Both the position numbers and the translations under genes were made by a program. The notes beneath the pieces were generated by a model. That model saw only the letters and a list, made by a program, of their open reading frames with translations. It did no database searches and had not been told where the DNA came from. 12,364 bases of DNA from Nitrospinota bacterium (lineage in GTDB: Bacteria > UBA8248): positions 1 to 12,364 of the forward strand of contig JAYGFR010000086.1 of the NCBI GenBank assembly GCA_046581755.1, given 5' to 3'. Positions 1-7,110 of this stretch are shown one piece after another. Each line of letters opens with the position of its first letter. Within the stretch, counting starts at the first letter, position 1.

Positions 1-605
1 CCATTCAAATCGACGCCGATGGAATCCGGCAGCTATTTCCCGAAGTGGACCAAATCCAGGATCAACGCCTCCGGGACGGGGTTGTGGAGATCTGGCTGGA
101 GGTCGCCGCCGAAACCGCATGGGAGCGGTTCGAGGATATTCCGAAAAACCTCACCCTGGAAAAACACATGACCCTGACCGGCCATATTCAGGGCGTCACC
201 CGGATGGCACTCGCCATGGCCGACATCGCCGAGGATCTGCACGGCATCGCGGTGGATCGGGACCTCCTCATCGCCTCGTGCCTGCTGCACGATATTTCCA
301 AGCCACTCGAATGCGAGGCCGACCCCGGCGGGCCGCCGGGCGGGGGCAGCGCCCTCCCCGCCAAAAAAACCGAGTTCGGCGAGAAGATTCAGCACGGTGT
401 CTACGGAGCGCACAAAATTTGGGAAAAAAATCTGCCCAAGGCGACCGAGCTCGCCCATCTGGTGATCACCCACACGCGGGCGAGCAACACCCGCTCGGCG
501 TCCTACGAGGCGTCGCTGCTCTTCTACGCCGACTGGGGGGACTCGGACGCGGGAATCGTCATGGGCGGGGGCAAGCCCTTCGGAGCGCGGTGGGTGGAAG
601 GATAA
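1..605 (+). CDS. HD-domain (HDIG-type) metal-dependent phosphohydrolase-family protein, 5'-truncated by the window edge
   Basis: HD-superfamily ligand pattern: GHIQGV, LLHDISK, QHGVYGAH, LVITH, YADWGD. The frame is open to the left edge (first full codon at 3: IQIDADGIRQLFPEVDQIQD...), so the true start probably lies just outside the window rather than at GTG 45. Stop TAA at 603-605. Confidence 0.85.
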   Translation, partial: IQIDADGIRQLFPEVDQIQDQRLRDGVVEIWLEVAAETAWERFEDIPKNLTLEKHMTLTGHIQGVTRMALAMADIAEDLHGIAVDRDLLIASCLLHDISKPLECEADPGGPPGGGSALPAKKTEFGEKIQHGVYGAHKIWEKNLPKATELAHLVITHTRASNTRSASYEASLLFYADWGDSDAGIVMGGGKPFGARWVEG

Positions 606-636
606 CCGGTATGCCCGGCGGGCGCCGGGCCGGCGC

Positions 637-1908
637 TCAGGCCTTCACGCGCCGATCGGCGAGGCGAAGAATTGCCGAAGCCAACACCTCGGCCCCGGCC
701 ACGATATCCGGAAAGCGCGTAAACTCCTCGGGGGTGTGGGAGAGCCCCTTCACCGAGGGGACGAACACCATCCCGACGGGACACAGGGCGGCGATGCGGC
801 AGGCGTCGTGAATTCCTCCGCTCGAAAGGGTGAGGGAGGCGTGGCCCGTTTCCCCGGCGGCGCGATCCAGCGCCCGCCTAATTCCGCGCGAGGCCGGACA
901 GGGAACGTACTTCACCTTGCGCTGGAGGCGGCTCTTCACCCCGCGCTTTTTTCGGATCCGCCCGAGCGCCTTTTTCATCCGCTCCAGCATCGCCTCGGAC
1001 GCCTTCGCACTCTTGCTCCGCAGGTCGAACGAGATGCTCGCCCCGCCCGGCACGATCGAGTACCACCCCGGCCGGGCCGACATCATCCCGAAGGTCAGTG
1101 TCATTCGCTGGCCCTCGGGCGCGCGGCGCGCCATCGCCTCGGCCTCGACCATGAAATCGGCGGCGGCCATGGCCGCATCGCGGCGGTAGGACATGGGCTG
1201 CCCGCCCGAGTGGGCCGTCTGGCCCTCGAAATGAATGTCGCCCCGGAGCGCGCCCACGATGGTATCGACGATGCCGATCGGAACCTTTGCGGCTTCGAGA
1301 ACGGGGCCCTGTTCGATATGAAGCTCTACGAACGCCTTCAGGGATTTTCGGGGGAGGCGGCATCCGGCCACCCGGGCGGGGTTCCCCCCCGCCAGGCGGA
1401 CCGCCTCGTAAACCGATTTTCCCGTCGGCGGATGAATCGCCGCCTTCATCCCGGCGGCCCCCAGCTGCCCGGCAAGGACGCTGCTCCCGAACGTGACGAT
1501 GCCGCAGGCGGATTCTTCGCCGACGAAGGCAACGACCTCGAGGGGATGATCGTGGGCGGCGCCAACCTCGGCGATCCGGCGCACGGCCTCGAGCGCGGTG
1601 AGCACCCCGGCAGGGCCGTCGAAGCGCCCTCCCGGATTCTGGGAATCCAGGTGGGAGCCCGCCATCACCGCCGGCAACCCCTTCACCCGGCCCTCCTTGC
1701 GGCCAAACAGATTCCCCACCGCGTCCACCCGCGTCCCGAGCCCCGCCGCCTCCATCCAGCCCCGGACGAGTTTCCGGACCCGGTTGTACTCGGGAGTGAG
1801 CGCGATCCGCGCGAGGCCCGTTTTTCCGGCCCGGCCGACTTGCGACTGCGCAGTGAACTCTTTTTTCATGCGGGCGCGGTTCGCCCGGATGGGCTTGTTT
1901 CGGCTCAT
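637..1908 (-). CDS. Zn-dependent M20-family amidohydrolase (allantoate amidohydrolase / N-carbamoyl-L-amino-acid hydrolase / beta-ureidopropionase type)
   Basis: Motifs DAVGN, GSHLDS, GGRFDG, GEE, ELHIEQGP, GQTAHSG..PM..RRDA, SGGIHDA and GLSHTPEE. Length 423 aa is typical of the family. Confidence 0.92.
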   Translation of the reverse strand: MSRNKPIRANRARMKKEFTAQSQVGRAGKTGLARIALTPEYNRVRKLVRGWMEAAGLGTRVDAVGNLFGRKEGRVKGLPAVMAGSHLDSQNPGGRFDGPAGVLTALEAVRRIAEVGAAHDHPLEVVAFVGEESACGIVTFGSSVLAGQLGAAGMKAAIHPPTGKSVYEAVRLAGGNPARVAGCRLPRKSLKAFVELHIEQGPVLEAAKVPIGIVDTIVGALRGDIHFEGQTAHSGGQPMSYRRDAAMAAADFMVEAEAMARRAPEGQRMTLTFGMMSARPGWYSIVPGGASISFDLRSKSAKASEAMLERMKKALGRIRKKRGVKSRLQRKVKYVPCPASRGIRRALDRAAGETGHASLTLSSGGIHDACRIAALCPVGMVFVPSVKGLSHTPEEFTRFPDIVAGAEVLASAILRLADRRVKA

Positions 1909-1955
1909 TTCTTTATTCCGCCGGAATTTGAAAGTCCGGACCTGAAGGGGCCGGA

Positions 1956-2645
1956 TCAGAAAACTTCGTCCTCGGGGTTATGCATCTCGCCCATCCGCTT
2001 GAGAATGGGTGGGGGGAGATCCTCGTAGAGCCCTTTGAGCTCTTTGTTCGTCTCCTTCTGGGTCATCTGGTAGAGGCTGTTCCCGTCCGTGTCGCATTCG
2101 ACGAGGAAGGGCCCGAAATTTTTCACCCGGAGCACCCACATCGCCTGGGCGATGCCCAGCTCCTCCAGCCAGTGCACCGCCTCCACTTTTTCGATGCCCC
2201 GCCCGTACTGGGCGCCGATGCCGTATCCCACCGTGTTGAGGAACACCGCTCCGAGGCGCTTGAAGTGGTTCCGATAAAATTCGGAGGACATCCCCCCCTT
2301 TCCGATGACGCAGCGGACCCCGTACTGATCCATGAGCAAGGGCAGGTGCTTATCGAACCGAAAGCTCGCCGTCGCCGTCACGGCCGAGATCTCCCACTCG
2401 CCCGGCCCCTTCTCGCTCACCGCGGGCGAGCAGTGGAAGGTGACGTTCGTCAGGGATTCGATATCGAGCGGAGGCTCGGCTCCCTCGTCGAAGAGTTTTT
2501 TATAGACTCCGATCCTCCCGGTGAAGATCACCCCGTCGATACGGACAATATCGCCCAGCTTGAGGCGGGCAAGCGCCTCGGCCGAGAACGGCGTTTCGAG
2601 CCGGTGCTCGTCCATCGCCAGATCGGATGAGCTCATATCTGCCAT
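1956..2645 (-). CDS. Fe-S hydro-lyase beta subunit (class I fumarate hydratase C-terminal / L-tartrate dehydratase beta family)
   Basis: Motifs LETP..LKLGDIVRIDG.IFTGR, HCSP, IGKGGM, WLEELG.AQAMWVLRVKNFGP.LV..DTDGNSLY. The ATG at 2645 is preceded by GGGGGA about 10 nt upstream and is preferred over TTG 2663. Adjacent to the alpha subunit. Confidence 0.88.
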   Translation of the reverse strand: MADMSSSDLAMDEHRLETPFSAEALARLKLGDIVRIDGVIFTGRIGVYKKLFDEGAEPPLDIESLTNVTFHCSPAVSEKGPGEWEISAVTATASFRFDKHLPLLMDQYGVRCVIGKGGMSSEFYRNHFKRLGAVFLNTVGYGIGAQYGRGIEKVEAVHWLEELGIAQAMWVLRVKNFGPFLVECDTDGNSLYQMTQKETNKELKGLYEDLPPPILKRMGEMHNPEDEVF

Positions 2646-2667
2646 GCGAATGGATTCCCCCAAAAGG

Positions 2668-3618
2668 TCAACTCACCGAATCGCGGCGGTAATACTCGGT
2701 GAACCACCGCGGGTCCTCGCGGTACTCGACTTCGCCGTCGGGGTGAATCCGCGCGGTGCATCTCCTGAGGGCGAAGCATTGATGGTGGATGGAGACGGGC
2801 ATCCCGCCCGTGTGGGTGTAGGCGACCTCGATGTGCGCGTCCATGACGGCGCCCTGTCCCTTGAAGCCCATCGCGCTCAGGCTGGTCCGCCGGCCCAGCT
2901 CGATTAACTCCTCCTCGAGGGCGGCGATCTGCGGGTCCGGATTCCGGTTCCCCACCACGCGCAGGCAGGCCGCCTCCTTGGCGAGTTTTACGCAGGTGTC
3001 CTTGGTCCCCCCGATGCCGATGCCGACGATGGCCGGCTGGCAGGAAAGCCCGCGCTTGAAAAATTCGCTGATCACGTCGAGATAAAAGCGGCGGATGCCG
3101 TCGATCCCGTCTCCGGGGAAGAGCATCCGGTAGTCGCCCCCGAAGAGGCCTCCCTTGTGAAACGCCGTTATCTCGACCCAATCGGCCCCCGGCTCCCAGG
3201 AGTAGTCCACGGTCGGTGCGTGGATGCCGACGTTGTTGTTGTGGTCTTTCCGCGTGAGCGGGTGGACGCGATTCGGGCGGAGGGGAATCTCGGCCGTCGC
3301 GCGGGCCGTCGCCTCGCGGATGCTGCGCTCGAAGGCGACGAAACCGCCCTCGATGCGCGCCTCGTTTCCGATCTTTGCGTAGAAACGCGGAAGCCCGGTA
3401 TCGGCGCACATGGGACGCTGGTCCTCGTCGGCCACCTCGTAGTTGTTGACGATTTCGAGCAGGACGAATTTCGAGAGCTTTTCGGTCTCGCGCTCGGCCA
3501 TGCCGCGGATGCTGGTCCGGACATCGTTCGGAATGTGAATGGCGGCCCGGCGGTTGAGCTCGAAGGCCACCTCGCGAATCAGGTCGGCGCCGATGGATGT
3601 TCCGGTTGTGACCGGCAT
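2668..3618 (-). CDS. Fe-S hydro-lyase alpha subunit (class I fumarate hydratase N-terminal / L-tartrate dehydratase alpha family)
   Basis: Three cluster Cys in PMCADTG, SCQP..VGIGIGG and QCFALRR; also PLRPNRVHPL, LEEEL and MGFKG. Strong RBS GGAGGAG upstream of ATG 3618. Confidence 0.92.
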   Translation of the reverse strand: MPVTTGTSIGADLIREVAFELNRRAAIHIPNDVRTSIRGMAERETEKLSKFVLLEIVNNYEVADEDQRPMCADTGLPRFYAKIGNEARIEGGFVAFERSIREATARATAEIPLRPNRVHPLTRKDHNNNVGIHAPTVDYSWEPGADWVEITAFHKGGLFGGDYRMLFPGDGIDGIRRFYLDVISEFFKRGLSCQPAIVGIGIGGTKDTCVKLAKEAACLRVVGNRNPDPQIAALEEELIELGRRTSLSAMGFKGQGAVMDAHIEVAYTHTGGMPVSIHHQCFALRRCTARIHPDGEVEYREDPRWFTEYYRRDSVS

Positions 3619-3635
3619 GGCTCACTCCTCCTCCA

Positions 3636-3656
3636 ATCCCCCGCGCGGCGGGAGAT
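3636..3656 (-). promoter_or_regulatory. Intergenic stem-loop immediately 5' of the hydratase-alpha RBS
   Basis: mRNA AUCUCCCGC-CGC-GCGGGGGAU forms a 9-bp stem with one G:U pair. There is no U-tract, so it is more likely a stability or processing element than a terminator. Confidence 0.35.
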
Positions 3657-3665
3657 GCAAATATT

Positions 3666-4442
3666 TTAGCTGCCCCGGGCGCGTTCTCCGCCGGGGGCCC
3701 GGCCCCCGAGAAGGGCCGAGACGAAATCCCGCGCTCCTCCCGCCGCGGCGCGGCGCTTGAGAGCCTGGATGGCGGTGGCCGGGCTGATCCCCTTGGGGCA
3801 GGCCTCGGTGCAGTTGAACTGGCTGTGGCACCGCCAGACGCCGTGCTCTCCGGCCACCTCGGCCAATCGCTCCGCACCTTCCGCCTCGCGGCTGTCGCAC
3901 ACCAGCGTGTAGGCGCGGTTCAAGGCCGCGGGGCCCAGGAAGGCCGGGTCATGCCCCACCATGGTGCAGGCAGAATAACATATCCCGCAGGTGATGCATT
4001 CGATATGCGGGTCGATCCGGCCCCGCTCGCGCCCGAGCGGGGAAATCCGGGCAGGCGCCTGGGCCGCCTCCCCGGAAGGTTCGGCCCATCCGCGCGCCCG
4101 GTTCATCTTGTTGAAAAACGGGTCCATGTCCACCGCCAGATCGCGCAGGACGGGGAAATTCGCCAGGGGCTCAAGGGTGACGTTCTCCCCCAGCCCATCG
4201 AGGCGGGTCCGGCAGGCCCAGCGGGGGCGGCCATTCACCCGGAGGGCGCAGGTGCCGCACATGCCCACCCGGCAGGAATACCGGAATCCGAGGGTGGCGT
4301 CCTGCCCGTTCTGGATGGCGGTCAGCGCATCGAGGACGGTCATCCGCGGGCGCGGTGTGATCGCGTAGGCCTGGAACCGCTCGCCGGGGTCATCGGCCCC
4401 TCCGCCGCGCCGGATGCGGAATATCACGCCGTTTGCCGCCAT
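3666..4442 (-). CDS. sdhB: Succinate dehydrogenase/fumarate reductase-family iron-sulfur subunit (258 aa)
   Basis: [2Fe-2S] SCRVGMCGTC...WAC, PLANFPVLRDLAVD, [4Fe-4S] CITCGICYSAC, FLGPAAL, [3Fe-4S] CHSQFNCTEACPKG. The true start is ATG 4442 (MAANGVIF), overlapping the upstream stop as TGATG. The symbol is family-level only. Confidence 0.93.
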   Translation of the reverse strand: MAANGVIFRIRRGGGADDPGERFQAYAITPRPRMTVLDALTAIQNGQDATLGFRYSCRVGMCGTCALRVNGRPRWACRTRLDGLGENVTLEPLANFPVLRDLAVDMDPFFNKMNRARGWAEPSGEAAQAPARISPLGRERGRIDPHIECITCGICYSACTMVGHDPAFLGPAALNRAYTLVCDSREAEGAERLAEVAGEHGVWRCHSQFNCTEACPKGISPATAIQALKRRAAAGGARDFVSALLGGRAPGGERARGS

Positions 4443-4786
4443 CAGAAAAACCCCCAGGTGACCTTGCGCAGGTAGGCCAGCCAGAAAAAGCCCGCCACGC
4501 CCATCGCCGTCAGCGCCCAGAGGAGCTTCCGCTGATGGCGGGCCGGGAACCCGAAGTCGGTCAGGATCACCTTGAGGCCGTGCATCCCGTGAAGGATCAC
4601 GAGCGCCAGGACCGCCGCCCGGAGCCACGCCTTGTAGGGGTTCAGCACATGGAACGGAAACAGGACGAGCAGAACGACCGCCGAGAGGCGCTGGAGCACC
4701 CAGGCCCACATACCCGGATACATGGAGCGCCACGCCCTCAAATCCCAAAAGGGCGGGCGGACCGGGGGGCCGGCCGGCGTGTCCAT
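4442..4786 (-). CDS. sdhC: Small SdhC/SdhD-like membrane anchor (cytochrome b-type, about 3 TM, 114 aa)
   Basis: GMWAWVLQRLSAV (QR/HR motif), HGMHGLKVILTDFG (heme His and GL.x.IL.D.G motif) and three hydrophobic segments. RBS GGGAGG upstream of ATG 4786. Lies between the flavoprotein and Fe-S genes. The symbol is family-level only. Confidence 0.85.
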   Translation of the reverse strand: MDTPAGPPVRPPFWDLRAWRSMYPGMWAWVLQRLSAVVLLVLFPFHVLNPYKAWLRAAVLALVILHGMHGLKVILTDFGFPARHQRKLLWALTAMGVAGFFWLAYLRKVTWGFF

Positions 4787-4818
4787 TACATTTCCTCCCG
4801 GGCGCGTCGTTTCATGTC

Positions 4819-6567
4819 TCAATCCACAAACGATTCGGGCGCCGTCGGGGCGGACGCCTGGTCCATGCCCGGCTCGACCCGCGTGAAGCGGACGGGCCGG
4901 CGCTCGACGGCAGCCTCCCCCTCCCGCTTCGATATGAAAACATTGTACAGCCCATCGCCGTTTGTTTCCGGAATATCGTCCCGGTAGTGGCTGCCCCGGC
5001 TTTCGTCCCGCTCGATGGCGCTTCGTGCGATCAGCTTCGCGGTGGCGATTTGATTGCGCACGTCGAGCACATTTTGCCACGCCAGGTTGTAGGCACGGCC
5101 GCTCCCGCCCCGGGCCGCCGCCGCCTGCTCCCCGAGCGCTTCGAGCCCGGCCAGGCCCGCTTCGAGATCGGCTCCGCTGCGCCGGAGGCCGATTTTCTCC
5201 CACATCAAATCCTTGAGCTCCGCCCGGATGGGATAGGGGGAGTCCCCCTCGCCGAGCGCGGCAATTGCGCCCTCCGCCGCCTCATCGGCGGCGGCGCGGG
5301 CGAATTTTTTCAGCGGAACGGCCCGGGCCTCCGCCGCCATGGCCTCACCGGCCACCTCTCCGAAAACGGTGGAGTTCGCCACCCCGTTTCCGCCGAGGCG
5401 GTTAGCGCCGTGGGTTCCGCCCGCATCCTCGCCCGCCGCGAAAAGGCCGGGAAGGTTCGTGCGGCAGACGGTGTCGATCTTCACCCCGCCCATCATGTAG
5501 TGCGCCGTCGGGGTGACCTCCACCGGGCCGCCGGCGAGATCGAAGCCCAGGTCCGCACAGCGATCCACCATCCCCTTGAAATTTTTCCGGACGAAATCCG
5601 CTCCCAGGTGGCTCACGTCGATGAAGACGCCGCCGCTCGCCGTGCCCCGGCCCTCCCGGATTTCGGTGTACCCCGCCCGGGACACGAGGTCGCGCGTGGA
5701 GCGCTCCATCCGCTCCGGGTCGTAGCGCTCCATGTAGCGCTCGCCCCGCTCGTTCAGAAGGTAGCCGCCCGCCCCGCGCACCCCCTCCTCGAGCAACGTC
5801 CCGGTGATCTGCAGGCCATCGCCCGTGAGAATGCCGGTCGGGTGGAACTGGACCATCTCCATGTCGCAGAAATCCGCCCCCCCCTCCCATGCCATCGCCA
5901 TCCCGTCGGTGGCGAGCTCCTGGGCGCAGGCCGAATATTTATAAAATGTGGGGCCGCCGCCGGTGGCGAGGAGGGTACATTTCGCGGCCACGGCGGTGAA
6001 CGCACCGCTCCGGATATCGAGGAGCATCGCCCCGGCGATTCGGCCCTCATCCCCGCTGGCGGGAAGGAGGGAGAGGGCTCGGTACTCTTCGAGGACGGGA
6101 ATGGCGCGGCGGGCGATCTGCTCGGCGACGCGGTTCGTCAGCTCGATGCCGGTCAGATCGCCCTTGTGGACGGTGCGGTCGAAGCTTTGGCCGGCAAATG
6201 CCTTCTGGTGGATGGCCCCGTCCGCGCTCCGGTCGAAGAACGCGCCGCAAACGGTCTCCAGCCTGCGGACGCAGTCGGGCGCCCGGCTGACGAGGAGCCA
6301 GGCAAGATCTTGATCGTTGAGCCAGGCTCCGGCCCGGATCGTGTCCATAAAATGGTTTTCAACCGAATCGCCCTCCGAGAGGGCGACGTTGTAGCCGCCC
6401 TGGACCATGCGCGTGCATCCGCTTTTTCCAAAAAGGCCCTTGACGGCGATGAGGATATCCAGAGAGGGGGCCGCCTCGTAGGCCGAAAGAGCCGCCAACA
6501 GGCCCGCGCCGCCGGATCCCAGGATGAGCACATCGCACTTTCGAACCTGATACGCGGGGCCGCCCAC
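4819..6567 (-). CDS. sdhA: Succinate dehydrogenase/fumarate reductase-family flavoprotein subunit (TfrA-like SGCT signature, atypical active site)
   Basis: Rossmann GSGGAG, QFHPTG, EG.RG.GG.L.N..GERYM, RD.VSR, HYMMGG, GLFAAGE, HGANRLGGN and ESRGSHYR. GTG start with AGGAG RBS. The symbol is family-level only and the substrate is probably not succinate. Confidence 0.92.
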   Translation of the reverse strand: MGGPAYQVRKCDVLILGSGGAGLLAALSAYEAAPSLDILIAVKGLFGKSGCTRMVQGGYNVALSEGDSVENHFMDTIRAGAWLNDQDLAWLLVSRAPDCVRRLETVCGAFFDRSADGAIHQKAFAGQSFDRTVHKGDLTGIELTNRVAEQIARRAIPVLEEYRALSLLPASGDEGRIAGAMLLDIRSGAFTAVAAKCTLLATGGGPTFYKYSACAQELATDGMAMAWEGGADFCDMEMVQFHPTGILTGDGLQITGTLLEEGVRGAGGYLLNERGERYMERYDPERMERSTRDLVSRAGYTEIREGRGTASGGVFIDVSHLGADFVRKNFKGMVDRCADLGFDLAGGPVEVTPTAHYMMGGVKIDTVCRTNLPGLFAAGEDAGGTHGANRLGGNGVANSTVFGEVAGEAMAAEARAVPLKKFARAAADEAAEGAIAALGEGDSPYPIRAELKDLMWEKIGLRRSGADLEAGLAGLEALGEQAAAARGGSGRAYNLAWQNVLDVRNQIATAKLIARSAIERDESRGSHYRDDIPETNGDGLYNVFISKREGEAAVERRPVRFTRVEPGMDQASAPTAPESFVD

Positions 6568-6579
6568 GAGGCTCTCCTC

Positions 6580-7110
6580 TTAAGAAGATTTCGCCGCGAG
6601 CCTGCCGGCGATCGCATCGAGCGCATCGAGCGCCAGCCGATCGATCTCGGCTCGTTCCATGTGCGCGACCGGATGGACAGTGGAGACGATTGGATAGGGT
6701 TCGCTGAACAGGGCCTTGGCCTGAAATTCCCCGGCCTGGAGAAATTCACCCGTCACGACCGGCGCCGCCGGCACCCCCCACCGCTCGAAAAAAGCCGCAT
6801 CGTGCAGACTGCACGTTGTGCAGCTTCCTCAGTAGGCGAGGCCTTCCACGACGCCATCGCACCGCCGGGCGATTTCCTCGGCCATTTCGGCCGGAGCCGG
6901 TTTCGCGTGGGTCGGTTTTTTGTAATAGACCGTCTCGGCCACACCGTAATTTTTCTGGAGCAGGCGGCCCACGGCCTCGAGAAACAGGTCTCCCTTGGGC
7001 TTGCCGATATCGAGCAACCCGATCACCTTGCCCTCCAGGCTCCCAGGGCGCAGCGCCAGTTTTTCGAGGCGGCGTTTGGGTTTTGCGGTCGGATCAAAAA
7101 GCTCGGGCAT
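6580..7110 (-). CDS. UGSC-family selenoprotein (176 aa, Sec at codon 94, TGA 6829-6831)
   Basis: ORFs 6829..7110 and 6580..6774 are in the same frame. Reading through the TGA gives ...VVEGLAY-U-GSCTTCSLHDAAFFERWGVPAAPVVTGEF...HPV..., the UGSC family signature. RBS AAGGGAG upstream of ATG 7110. A SECIS-like hairpin lies directly downstream of the TGA. Confidence 0.9.
6792..6826 (-). promoter_or_regulatory. Bacterial SECIS element
   Basis: mRNA after UGA reads GG-AAGCUGCA-CAA-CGUGCA-GUC-UGCACG-A-UGCGGCUU: an 8-bp lower stem (one G:U), an internal loop and a 6-bp upper stem, with a G opening the apical loop at +20. The core UGCAGUCUGCAC resembles the E. coli fdhF SECIS core UGCAGGUCUGCAC. Confidence 0.8.

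Noticed and set aside
613..630. GCCCGGC-GGGC-GCCGGGC hairpin between convergent genes as an intrinsic terminator
   Set aside because: The position is plausible, but there is no U-tract on either strand and short GC stems arise by chance at this GC content.
4443..4748. 102-aa N-terminal extension of the Fe-S subunit in the ORF track
   Set aside because: It overlaps the anchor gene in another frame. SdhB similarity starts at ATG 4442, which is coupled by a TGATG overlap.
4787..5203. N-terminal extension of the anchor ORF (4442..5203)
   Set aside because: It overlaps the flavoprotein 3' end and is low-complexity. A good RBS precedes ATG 4786.
3666..6567. Calling the locus the housekeeping TCA sdhCDAB or L-aspartate oxidase nadB
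   Set aside because: It lacks the FAD-linking His and the substrate Thr and has a single anchor. NadB would not come with Fe-S and membrane subunits, and no nadA/nadC is adjacent.
6829..6831. TGA as a nonsense mutation (pseudogene) or as the boundary of two separate small genes
   Set aside because: It falls exactly at the U of a UGSC motif, is followed by a SECIS-like hairpin, and the downstream frame is intact.
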